Positions 55,753-63,999 of a stretch of DNA of 64,000 nucleotides are shown in pieces. Positions within the stretch are counted from its first letter, which is position 1; each line of letters opens with the position of its first letter. The notes under the pieces were generated by a model. That model was not told where the DNA came from. It saw nothing but the letters and a program-made list of their open reading frames with translations, and ran no database searches. The DNA is from a virus (lineage: Duplodnaviria > Caudoviricetes): positions 26,387 through 90,386 of the IMG/VR virus record IMGVR_UViG_3300021399_000131; one strand, given 5' to 3'. The position numbers and the translations under genes are program-made.

Positions 55753-56020
55753 CAAAAGGATTACTAATTTCGTCTTTATACCACACTAATTCATTAAAAC
55801 CTTTTCGTTTCTTGCCTTTATGTATAAAACCATTTCTAATCCAATTATCAAATGTAGCTCTAGAAACATTTAAATAATCACAAGCTTGTTCTTTACTTAA
55901 AGGTTCATGAGCAAGAATAGTAAATAATTGAGAAGATTCTTCTTTAGTTAGTTCACATTTATCTTCTTCAATTTTAGTTGCTACTTCTCTTAATAGTTTT
56001 ATTATTAACTTCTTTAGCAT
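55745..56020 (-). CDS. Helix-turn-helix DNA-binding protein (excisionase/MerR-like HTH)
   Basis: LSKEQACDYLNVSRATFDNWIRNGFIHKG....LVWYKDEI. Confidence 0.85.
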   Translation of the reverse strand: MLKKLIIKLLREVATKIEEDKCELTKEESSQLFTILAHEPLSKEQACDYLNVSRATFDNWIRNGFIHKGKKRKGFNELVWYKDEISNPFDS

Positions 56021-56393
56021 TGTGTTTTAGTTTTAAATAAACAGTTAAAAATAAAGCGACACCAAATAAAATACTATTAATAGTTAGATATAGTTTATTA
56101 GTTGGCATAATATAAAATTTGTAATCTACCCAAGCAAATATTTCACTTATAGTAATATAATGTAGAAACATTCTATGATAGTTACAAAAACCAAAAGCAT
56201 AAGAAGATACATAAAAGAATATAATAGGGAGTACTGACATACCCCCTATTAAACTAAAGAGTTCAATATTAATACCTATAGTAGTTAGAACTACATTTAT
56301 AAAATAAAGAACAGCAATAAGAACTGGTATTCTTTTTAATAAATATAATTCTAACTTGTATAAGTATTTATTTAGTTTTACCTCCTTCACCAT
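55974..56393 (-). CDS. Multi-pass membrane protein
   Basis: Likely start at ATG 56393 (MVKEVKLNKYLYKLELYLLK); about four hydrophobic helices; FGFCNYHRMFLHYI motif. Confidence 0.75.
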   Translation of the reverse strand: MVKEVKLNKYLYKLELYLLKRIPVLIAVLYFINVVLTTIGINIELFSLIGGMSVLPIIFFYVSSYAFGFCNYHRMFLHYITISEIFAWVDYKFYIMPTNKLYLTINSILFGVALFLTVYLKLKHNAKEVNNKTIKRSSN

Positions 56394-56487
56394 AACGTCT
56401 TCTATTTCCATTATATCCAGCTGGAGGGGACATACGATAATCACTCTTTTTAGAAGTTGATTTAGTTGTTGATTTAGTTTTAGCCAT
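56368..56487 (-). CDS. Unannotated 39-aa basic peptide MAKTKSTTKSTSKKSDYRMSPPAGYNGNRRRYGEGGKTK
   Basis: ATG at 56487 in an AT-rich context right after the upstream stop; TAA at 56368-56370; fills the gap between annotated ORFs. Confidence 0.65.
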   Translation of the reverse strand: MAKTKSTTKSTSKKSDYRMSPPAGYNGNRRRYGEGGKTK

Positions 56488-56493
56488 AATTAT

Positions 56494-56685
56494 TCATTTA
56501 AATAAATTGTTATCTATTTTATTACTTATTAAATTAGCAAGTATGTTTCTTAGAAAATCATTGTTATTTTCTTCATTAGCTTTAGAATCAATAAAATTGA
56601 TATAAGCTATTATTTCTTTTAACATTCGATTATTATCTCTAAGAAGAAAAAGAATTTCATCTTCTTTACTTGCAAAATTATTCAT
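56494..56685 (-). CDS. Small hypothetical protein
   Basis: 63 aa, EILFLLRDNNRMLKEII...DFLRNILANLIS. Confidence 0.65.
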   Translation of the reverse strand: MNNFASKEDEILFLLRDNNRMLKEIIAYINFIDSKANEENNNDFLRNILANLISNKIDNNLFK

Positions 56686-56688
56686 AAT

Positions 56689-57213
56689 TTATTCTGCTGG
56701 AAAAAAAGGATTATCAGGTAGAAACTTTCTATAAAAGTCTTCTATAGTAAGACCTGCAAGCTCAAATGCTTCTTGTTGACGACCTCTAAAAGACCCATAA
56801 TATGATAAACACATCTGGATTAATAGAGTTGCACCCATAACACCTGTCCAAAATAAATTAAATGTTGGAGTAGTTTGATTACCTATATCCATAAAACAAG
56901 TACTTATAAGATTAACAGCTTTTGTATTTACTGGACCTAAGTCAGTGCCTCCTGGCATGGAAGTAGTGTCTACTACAAGTTTAATTAATTTACAATCATA
57001 TACTGCTTTAATCATTTTAGCCATAGTTTCCGTAGATGCACTAAAATTCTTATTTGTTAAAGAATCTTTGGATTGTACAGCACCATCTCCAGGTATTACA
57101 TCAAATTCTATTGTGACTATATCACTATCTCCACCACCACTACCTTCTAACACTCTGTCCAAAGTTTTACCTTTATGAACAACTTCACTTGAAAAAATTT
57201 TATTATGTTTCAT
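56689..57213 (-). CDS. Tail-fibre-associated variable protein, paralog 1
   Basis: N-terminal KGKTLDRVLEGSGGG shared with the neighbouring ORF; the remainder is unique. Confidence 0.6.
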   Translation of the reverse strand: MKHNKIFSSEVVHKGKTLDRVLEGSGGGDSDIVTIEFDVIPGDGAVQSKDSLTNKNFSASTETMAKMIKAVYDCKLIKLVVDTTSMPGGTDLGPVNTKAVNLISTCFMDIGNQTTPTFNLFWTGVMGATLLIQMCLSYYGSFRGRQQEAFELAGLTIEDFYRKFLPDNPFFPAE

Positions 57214-57237
57214 AAGATTAAAAATTAGATTTATTTA

Positions 57238-57642
57238 TTAAAGTAAAAACGTACTTTGATATATAATTTCTATTGGTCCAGATGAAGGATTGTTGAATAA
57301 AAATCTTATTTCCACATTATCATAGGAACCATCCATTTCAACTAAAGTAAATTGTAATCCATAAATATGATAAACTGTTTCGTCAGTTATAATTTTAGCC
57401 ACAATATAATTAGTTTTACCATTCGTTATATAGTCTACTACTCCATCTTTTACATCGTCCCAATTAGAAAGATCGAACGTAGCATATCCATTTTCAGTGG
57501 AATAAGAACGGTTTGTAATATTTAATTCTATTGTTTCTACAGGTTCATCAGAACCTCTACCTTTTCCAATTACTTTATCTAATGTTTTACCATCTTTTGT
57601 AAGAATTTGGTCAGCACGACCTAAAATAGGATTTGTTTTCAT
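57238..57642 (-). CDS. Tail-fibre-associated variable protein, paralog 2
   Basis: N-terminal DGKTLDKVIGKGRGS then V.TIE; beta-rich remainder. Confidence 0.6.
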   Translation of the reverse strand: MKTNPILGRADQILTKDGKTLDKVIGKGRGSDEPVETIELNITNRSYSTENGYATFDLSNWDDVKDGVVDYITNGKTNYIVAKIITDETVYHIYGLQFTLVEMDGSYDNVEIRFLFNNPSSGPIEIIYQSTFLL

Positions 57643-57661
57643 AATTGTTTTTTTTAAGTTA

Positions 57662-57862
57662 TTAATCGTTATAGTAATACGTCAAACTGTTTGTTGTAGT
57701 ATCATATTGCAACCACCAATCTCCACTAGTAATAACATTATTAGAAGCTAATTGTGTAAAATCCCAACTATTAACATTCTAAAAGCTAAGTCCATCTTGC
57801 TTATAAAAACTAAAATATTTATTAGGATTTACATAACCAACATCAACACATTCTTGTTTCAT
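57662..57862 (-). pseudogene. 66-codon ORF interrupted by one in-frame TAG
   Basis: MKQECVDVGYVNPNKYFSFYKQDGLSF*NVNSWDFTQLASNNVITSGDWWLQYDTTTNSLTYYYND; TAG at 57779-57781; fills an otherwise empty gap. Confidence 0.5.
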
Positions 57863-57905
57863 AGCTTCACTAGACCTTAAACTTTGTGTACTAGGTACAA
57901 AGCTT

Positions 57906-58274
57906 TTAAGATTCTTTATTAGCTTTAGAACATTTTTTGATAGCTTTGTTATGTAATTGATTTATATCATCTTTAACATAATTCAAACCAAATTTTTCAC
58001 ATATAGGTCTAAATATCCAAGACCATGTTACTGGAGCAAGAATAGCACTATTAAGTATCAATCGATTATCTACACCAAAGATAGAATAAACAATACTAAC
58101 AACAATTATACTAATTATAAGAATTATTCTTTTTCTCCAAGTAGAAATCTTAAATTTAAATTTGCTTTCAGAAAGCCATTTAATAATAAGATATGTCAGA
58201 ACATTTACAACGATACAAAAAGCAAAATCAAAACTAGATAATGTAGTTTCAATGGCACTAGTTATATATTCCAT
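57906..58274 (-). CDS. Holin-like membrane protein
   Basis: Two to three hydrophobic helices and a basic C-terminal tail in 122 aa; adjacent to tail fibre genes. Confidence 0.55.
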   Translation of the reverse strand: MEYITSAIETTLSSFDFAFCIVVNVLTYLIIKWLSESKFKFKISTWRKRIILIISIIVVSIVYSIFGVDNRLILNSAILAPVTWSWIFRPICEKFGLNYVKDDINQLHNKAIKKCSKANKES

Positions 58275-58275
58275 A

Positions 58276-59166
58276 TTAACTTATTTGTTGTTGATACCAA
58301 GCAAGCATATCATCAAGTTTCTTTTTATAATCTCCGGTTATTCCTCCTATGTTAGTATTACCAGCAGATGCTACAGCAGCTCTTAATATCAATCTACCAT
58401 AATCATCAAAACCAAAAGAATCTGAATTGCAACTCAAAGAAATAGTCCATTTTCCATTAGGGTCACCAGTTGAAGGATTAAGTTCAGGTTGTAAGTAAAC
58501 TCCTTGACCTTTACGAACATATTGAAATCCCCAATAAGTTTCGTCATAATAAGCTAAAGGATTATACAAAGAATCTACTTTTTCTTTATCACTAGCACTC
58601 ATTAGACCAGCATAACTTTGTGTAGCTATTGGTATACTGATACCATTAATATCTATCTTTTCACCATTATTATAATATACCAAAGTGAGTTCTAATCTAT
58701 CTTCATAGCTTTGGTCTATTTCTATATCTAAACTATCAAAAGATTCTTTAGTGCAAATTTTATTTATATTAGGTATAGCTGTAGCTAATATAACACCCCA
58801 GTTTAAAGATTCTAGTCGAATTAAAACATTACCTTCGTTTTGTCTATTGCCAATAATATATGTACCAGCTTCAGGAATTTCAACAGTTTCGTCGTTATAA
58901 TGTCTAACATATAAATCAGTAATAGCATACGGGTCATGTTCTTCTGAACCTCCACCAGAACTATTAGCATTAATAGCTATAGGTTGCCAATAATTAGCAT
59001 TGCTCAAAGATACTGCTTTAGGAACAGACTTTTTAGAAATATAACTTCGTATATTATCACTATCTCCAGTATATACTATACAAAGTCTGTCATAAGCTTT
59101 ATTAATATCATGCTTGCCATTACAAGTAATAGATACTTTTCCTAAATATTCTTTAACTAAGTTCAT
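58276..59166 (-). CDS. Tail fibre / hub-attached fibre protein
   Basis: Likely start at ATG 59166; N-terminal LGKVSITCNGKHDINKAYDRLCIV...SYISKKSVP....NANYWQ domain, GGGS linker, and IPIATQSYAGLMSASDKEKVD fibre repeat. Confidence 0.7.
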   Translation of the reverse strand: MNLVKEYLGKVSITCNGKHDINKAYDRLCIVYTGDSDNIRSYISKKSVPKAVSLSNANYWQPIAINANSSGGGSEEHDPYAITDLYVRHYNDETVEIPEAGTYIIGNRQNEGNVLIRLESLNWGVILATAIPNINKICTKESFDSLDIEIDQSYEDRLELTLVYYNNGEKIDINGISIPIATQSYAGLMSASDKEKVDSLYNPLAYYDETYWGFQYVRKGQGVYLQPELNPSTGDPNGKWTISLSCNSDSFGFDDYGRLILRAAVASAGNTNIGGITGDYKKKLDDMLAWYQQQIS

Positions 59167-59887
59167 AATACAACGTTTCTTCTTTAACTTCTGTCTCACC
59201 ATTATAAATAACAGTAACAACAAAAGTATGTTCACCAACTTCAATATCAGTAACATCTTCAAATTTTACTACAGGTTCTCCATCAAATGTATAACTTATA
59301 GCTGCATCATTATAGTTTATTTCTTCTCCATTATAAGATACAAACAAATTACAACAAGCTACAACTTTGTCATCTGTATGTTTATGATAATAAGGAGTAA
59401 ACTCTACATACAAGCCATGTGGAGAACCAGTTGTTTCTAAATCAGATTCGCTAAGTTCAAAATGTTGATTAAATCCATCTCCAAACTTATGAGCATAAAG
59501 TTCTCCATCTTCAACATCGATCTCAAACTTTACTGTTTCTCCACAAGTAATGTAAGATTTAATCATTCCATTTTCATCTATAGGGAAGGTAAATTCTATT
59601 TCACCTTGAGTACCATTATAAATTTGACAAACTTTAGCTTCAACATATTTAATCAAAGTTTCAGCAAGTTTTGTCTTTCCTAGCTTTCTAGCAGCAACTG
59701 CTGCATTAAACATATTAAAACAATCAATAACGTTGCTATTTCTATCTTTGCAGGATGCTTTACAATCTTTAAGCATATCTTCACCATAGTCAGCAAGCAT
59801 TACCATTATTTTATGATATACACAAACATATTCTTTTGGAATAGTTATATATACATATTCAGGATTTATTTCAGTTCGAGCACTCAT
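59153..59887 (-). CDS. Tail hub-type structural protein
   Basis: Cys-containing helical N-domain (DCKASCKDRN..VIDCFNMFNAAVAA) plus beta-rich C-domain; structural context. Confidence 0.55.
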   Translation of the reverse strand: MSARTEINPEYVYITIPKEYVCVYHKIMVMLADYGEDMLKDCKASCKDRNSNVIDCFNMFNAAVAARKLGKTKLAETLIKYVEAKVCQIYNGTQGEIEFTFPIDENGMIKSYITCGETVKFEIDVEDGELYAHKFGDGFNQHFELSESDLETTGSPHGLYVEFTPYYHKHTDDKVVACCNLFVSYNGEEINYNDAAISYTFDGEPVVKFEDVTDIEVGEHTFVVTVIYNGETEVKEETLYYELS

Positions 59888-60120
59888 AAACTTATTACTT
59901 TGTTAAAAAGATTATCTAACTTGTCTTGTTGCTCTTCTGATAGTATATTTACATTTTGATAAGCATGAATTAGAATGCCAGACCATTTAAGAATTGTGTC
60001 TTTATTCTTATTTGGAACATAGCCCTCATTTGTCAATGCTACAATACAATCAGAAATACTTACCACCCTTTTTTCTAAGGTGGCAAGTATTTCCTCTTTT
60101 AAACTATCTTTATACAACAT
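59884..60120 (-). CDS. Small structural protein, possibly second hub subunit
   Basis: 78 aa, ATGA-coupled to the 244-aa gene. Confidence 0.5.
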   Translation of the reverse strand: MLYKDSLKEEILATLEKRVVSISDCIVALTNEGYVPNKNKDTILKWSGILIHAYQNVNILSEEQQDKLDNLFNKVISL

Positions 60121-60125
60121 AAACG

Positions 60126-60749
60126 TTATGTGTTAAAAATTTTGTTATTTACGTACGTGGAATACTCGCTAATACATATACCGAGTCTACTGTTAATTTG
60201 AGTTATTCTAGTAATAGAATCTTGTTCATCATAAACAATAGCTATTATGTTATCTGCAACTTCTCTAATCCAATCGTCTTTAAGTTTAGTTGCTACATTT
60301 GTTTCTTTTACCTCATAAGCAGAAAGAGTTGAATAAAGTTTGTAGTATTCGGTACTAACAAGTTTATTTATATTTCCTGTGATTAAAGATTTATTTTTGT
60401 CAATATTATTATGAGCTATCACATTTGTACATTCTTGTACTATTTTATAAGCAAAAGCTTTAAATGCTAACTCTATCGCATTTTCACATTGACGTATTTC
60501 TTTTCTTTCAGCACCTTGTAAAGTTTTATCTAAAACACTGTTTAGTTTTACTACGTTAGTAGTGTTTTCTTTTATGGCATTAGCCATTTCAATAAGAGGT
60601 CTATTTCTATTCTTAGCTTTAAAGTAATCTATAACTTTTATAATAGACGTATAAATTATAAAAACTACACTAGAAATAATAACAGCTGTATAAGACGAAT
60701 TTTTTACACTTTCATTAACAATATCATTTATTGTCTGAAAATCGTTCAT
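60126..60749 (-). CDS. Membrane-anchored helical protein
   Basis: N-terminal TM helix YTAVIISSVVFIIYTSIIKVI followed by a coiled coil. Confidence 0.65.
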   Translation of the reverse strand: MNDFQTINDIVNESVKNSSYTAVIISSVVFIIYTSIIKVIDYFKAKNRNRPLIEMANAIKENTTNVVKLNSVLDKTLQGAERKEIRQCENAIELAFKAFAYKIVQECTNVIAHNNIDKNKSLITGNINKLVSTEYYKLYSTLSAYEVKETNVATKLKDDWIREVADNIIAIVYDEQDSITRITQINSRLGICISEYSTYVNNKIFNT

Positions 60750-60763
60750 AAGATTAAAAGATT

Positions 60764-60793
60764 GTCTACCATCCCTATAGAGGAATGGTAGAC
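60764..60793. terminator. Hairpin with CCCTATAGAGG apex
   Basis: GTCTACCAT (60764-60772) / ATGGTAGAC (60785-60793); lies between the 287-aa and 207-aa genes. Confidence 0.6.
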
Positions 60794-60802
60794 TATGATA
60801 AC

Positions 60803-61666
60803 TTACTCACCAACACCCAAGATTGTTTCAATAGTTTCTCTAGCAGCTGAATCTTCAGGAACACAAATGTGAACAAGTTGACTAACACGTTCATCTCTAG
60901 TTTTAGAAGCTTTACGACCTACTGCAAAACGAAGAGTATAAACATAATAGTCTGTATCTTCTACAGTTTCTGGATAGCCAGGATAAATAGTAGGACCATC
61001 TTCATAAACATCGTTGAATCCTTTACCTGCTGCACAACGAGAAGCTAAATCTTGAACATATGCTTTATCTCCAAAAGCTTTACAAGCAGGAGTTTCACTA
61101 TCAAGCTCAACACCAGTAAGACCATCAGAAGGAATAACTCGGAATGCGTCACTTTCATTATTACCTGCAAAACTAATAGTAGCACCTGAAATCTGCAAAC
61201 TCATATCAAGTTGTTCAAATTGATTCTTACTAGTAAGTTGCTCATATAAATCTTGAGCAAGCTCTTCAGCAGTCATTTCACTATTAATAGGAATAAACGT
61301 AGTAACTGTATAATTAGTACGCTCATTGAAATGCTTTCCTAATTTTGCAATTACGATTGTATAATTCTCATTTGCTGTAGGTGTAGGAATAGTAAGAGAA
61401 GCGGCATAATTAACACCTGCCTTAGGTTCTGCTTTAGTTACCTGCAAAGTATGATAATCTACCTCAGGAATAATAAGCGGAGTAGCGTTATCTCCACGAC
61501 CTAAAACGATAGCAAAATCTTCCTTAATCTCGGCACTTGCCCAAGCAGAAGGGTCACTCAGCTTATAAAATCCGATACCACCCTTCTTCATACCAGTAAG
61601 ATTCTTAGGTGAAGCAGCCGCACCATTAAGAGCAACTGTGCTATCTACAATAAGTACTTGTTTCAT
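60803..61666 (-). CDS. Auxiliary capsid-type structural protein
   Basis: 287 aa, beta-rich, highly-expressed-type codon usage; position after the MCP and ring genes. Confidence 0.55.
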   Translation of the reverse strand: MKQVLIVDSTVALNGAAASPKNLTGMKKGGIGFYKLSDPSAWASAEIKEDFAIVLGRGDNATPLIIPEVDYHTLQVTKAEPKAGVNYAASLTIPTPTANENYTIVIAKLGKHFNERTNYTVTTFIPINSEMTAEELAQDLYEQLTSKNQFEQLDMSLQISGATISFAGNNESDAFRVIPSDGLTGVELDSETPACKAFGDKAYVQDLASRCAAGKGFNDVYEDGPTIYPGYPETVEDTDYYVYTLRFAVGRKASKTRDERVSQLVHICVPEDSAARETIETILGVGE

Positions 61667-61689
61667 ATTATTAAATTAATTAAAAGTTA

Positions 61690-62655
61690 TTAATCTCTAT
61701 CAGCTCGGGGATTTTGTCCATATCCCTCGTTTCTGTAATTATTTCTCGTATTCTCTCGTTGTTGTTGTTGTTCTTGTTGCTGACTAGCATATAAAGAACC
61801 ATTAACTGCAACACGATACAAATCAACAGCATGTTTAACAATATCAACGTGCATGCTTTCAGGAAGATCACAATCCACATTTAATTCTTCACTAGCAATA
61901 TCTTCTACATATTTAACAACTGCAGGTTTCTTAACATAAGAAATACGAATGTTATAAGGAAGAAGATTATAGTCAAGCATATAAGAATCATCATGTCCTT
62001 GCGCCGCATAATTTTTAAACTTGTCAATATACAAATCTAAAACAGAACCATCATAATCTTGTCTATCACTTGTTTTACTGTTATATACAACAGCTATAGG
62101 ACTTCTAAGTCTAGGCTTTAACACAAAATCATTTAGTGTATCTGCAAGAAATGCATCATCTATAAGTCTAATAGGAAAATAATTTGTTACTTCTCCATCT
62201 TCATCATACTCTACTGTGGCATTTCCATTTACTCCTCTAGTTGCAGGTTTGTAATTTATAGACATATCAACTAAAAATAAATAATCTGGAATAGATACTT
62301 TAGTATAAGAAGAACCAGGTGAAGTCCAAGCAGTACTAAGTTTACCTATTTTTGTTTCAGATTTATTAAGTTGAAACATTGCCCAAGTTATAGAACCTAC
62401 TTCAGTAGGAAGTGTAGGAAGAACAGCTACAGTATAAAGAGTTCTGAAAGCATTGATTTGACCAATTTTAGAATTATCAGTAATAACTCTATCGTTGGTC
62501 AAACCAATATTTTGTTGAATTAGCTGATTGATAGTATCACTGATGCTCGTATTTATCAATAGGTCAATCTGTTCGGGAAGAATAGCTCGAACATTTTGCA
62601 TACCCATTTGTTGAGCATACTGACGAAAAGATACGTGCATTTCAGCTATGTTCAT
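61690..62655 (-). CDS. Tail ring / neck structural protein
   Basis: MHVSFRQYAQQMG...ILPEQIDLLIN...YVKKPAVV...CDLPESMHVDIVKHAV; ring-protein-like termini. Confidence 0.6.
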   Translation of the reverse strand: MNIAEMHVSFRQYAQQMGMQNVRAILPEQIDLLINTSISDTINQLIQQNIGLTNDRVITDNSKIGQINAFRTLYTVAVLPTLPTEVGSITWAMFQLNKSETKIGKLSTAWTSPGSSYTKVSIPDYLFLVDMSINYKPATRGVNGNATVEYDEDGEVTNYFPIRLIDDAFLADTLNDFVLKPRLRSPIAVVYNSKTSDRQDYDGSVLDLYIDKFKNYAAQGHDDSYMLDYNLLPYNIRISYVKKPAVVKYVEDIASEELNVDCDLPESMHVDIVKHAVDLYRVAVNGSLYASQQQEQQQQRENTRNNYRNEGYGQNPRADRD

Positions 62656-62666
62656 AATTACGAGTA

Positions 62667-63770
62667 TTAAAAGATTTTAAGTTTATTTTCGTAAGCAGTA
62701 CGAACATCTTTATTATTAGGATTCTCAAACCATGCAATAGCATCGTTCATATTAGCACCAATAAATGTTCCATCTGCCGTACTAATTTGCTGATTAAACT
62801 CAGAACGTACAAGTTCACCACGAGCAATTAATGTTTCAATGAAAGCTCTAACATTAATATGTTTATCAGTAAGAAGCTTATTAAATTTATCAGGATTAGT
62901 ATTGATATATTCCATCATAATAGCTTCTTTCTGAGTTCTGTCTTTAAGAATAGCTTGACCAATGTTATCACCACGTAAAGAAGAAATCTGAACAAACACA
63001 GCATTGAATTTAGCGTCAGTTCCACCAAGTTCAATAAAGTTCTGCATTGCCTTCATCTTTTCCTTTGTAAGCTTTCTCTGCTTCTCTTCTTCTTTAGCTA
63101 CATCTTTAATATAGAAACGAAGACTAGAATCAGAATTAATCAAAGCTGTATCTTTAGCAACATCATTATATAATAGACAATGTCTATACATAAGATATTC
63201 TTCAAGATTCTCAGGACGTCCATACTTATGTTTAGAACTCTCCAAAGTATTAAGAGCATCTATCTTACGTTTCAAAGCTTCTTTAATTGCTGCAATATTT
63301 GCTCTATCAACTTTTTCATACTCATCATTAATTCTATCTTCTTCAGCTTTTACTTTTAGATAATCAGCCTTTTTACGATAGATAAATGTGGTATTCAGAT
63401 TGTAATCATTCTCACTAATAGTAAACTGAATGTTACTGAGCCAAGACTTAACTCTACTAATAAACTCTGGATTACTAGGTGATAGACCTATAAGAGCAGG
63501 AAAGTAAGCATTTACCTCTTCAGAATTAGAAGAAAGAATTTGACAAGAACGATAAGAAGAACCAATAGTTTCTTTACGATGTCCAAGAACTTTCATATTA
63601 ACTTTACGATAATTTGAATAGTTATGAACAAGACTAATAGTAACTTGTCGTTTATCAATGTATTCTTGGTTGAGAGAATCATCCATTTCTTCTACAGGGG
63701 TGCTAGTCTTTGTAGTAGGCTCTTGAACTTTATTCTCGTCACTAGTTTCATTAGAAATTTTAAGTGCCAT
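62667..63770 (-). CDS. Conserved crAss protein immediately downstream of the MCP
   Basis: 367 aa; GHRKETIGSS, YGRPENLEEYLMYRHCL, FIETLIARGEL. Confidence 0.65.
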   Translation of the reverse strand: MALKISNETSDENKVQEPTTKTSTPVEEMDDSLNQEYIDKRQVTISLVHNYSNYRKVNMKVLGHRKETIGSSYRSCQILSSNSEEVNAYFPALIGLSPSNPEFISRVKSWLSNIQFTISENDYNLNTTFIYRKKADYLKVKAEEDRINDEYEKVDRANIAAIKEALKRKIDALNTLESSKHKYGRPENLEEYLMYRHCLLYNDVAKDTALINSDSSLRFYIKDVAKEEEKQRKLTKEKMKAMQNFIELGGTDAKFNAVFVQISSLRGDNIGQAILKDRTQKEAIMMEYINTNPDKFNKLLTDKHINVRAFIETLIARGELVRSEFNQQISTADGTFIGANMNDAIAWFENPNNKDVRTAYENKLKIF

Positions 63771-63795
63771 GTTCGATTTGTTTTAAGTTTATTAA

Positions 63796-63999
63796 TTAGA
63801 GTACGCACTTGAGGTGCATCATCTTTGTAGCATTATTCACTTGAAGACCATAAGTATTCTTAATCTCATACCTAGACATATCAATCTCAGTAGCAATACT
63901 ATTAGTCGGAACACCACCCCAAGATGGAGGAATAGGAGTAAGACCTTTAAGCACACCACTAAGATAAACTTGTCCCTTCAGACCAACCTTACGAATATT
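63796..63999 (-). CDS. Major capsid protein, C-terminal fragment
   Basis: Frame reads NIRKVGLKGQVYLSGVLKGLTPIPPSWGGVPTNSIATEIDMSRYEIKNTYGLQVNNATKMMHLKCVL*; resembles the crAss MCP C-terminus and sits at the head of the structural operon. Confidence 0.75.
   Translation of the reverse strand, partial: NIRKVGLKGQVYLSGVLKGLTPIPPSWGGVPTNSIATEIDMSRYEIKNTYGLQVNNATKMMHLKCVL

Noticed and set aside
55745-56020. HTH as an excisionase indicating a temperate phage
   Set aside because: No integrase or att-like site in the window; the fold is shared by many transcription regulators, and the context points to local regulation.
56689-59166. Diversity-generating retroelement or shufflon acting on the fibre genes
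   Set aside because: No reverse transcriptase, no template/variable repeat pair differing at adenines, and no recombinase or repeated crossover sites in the window.
298-63812. Many short ORFs on the strand opposite, or in alternative frames of, long genes (e.g. 298-699, 8196-8642, 14364-14768, 35702-36004, 54892-55296, 59114-59440)
   Set aside because: Shadow ORFs: Ile/Phe/Ser-rich, fully nested in well-supported genes, with no motifs or initiation context.
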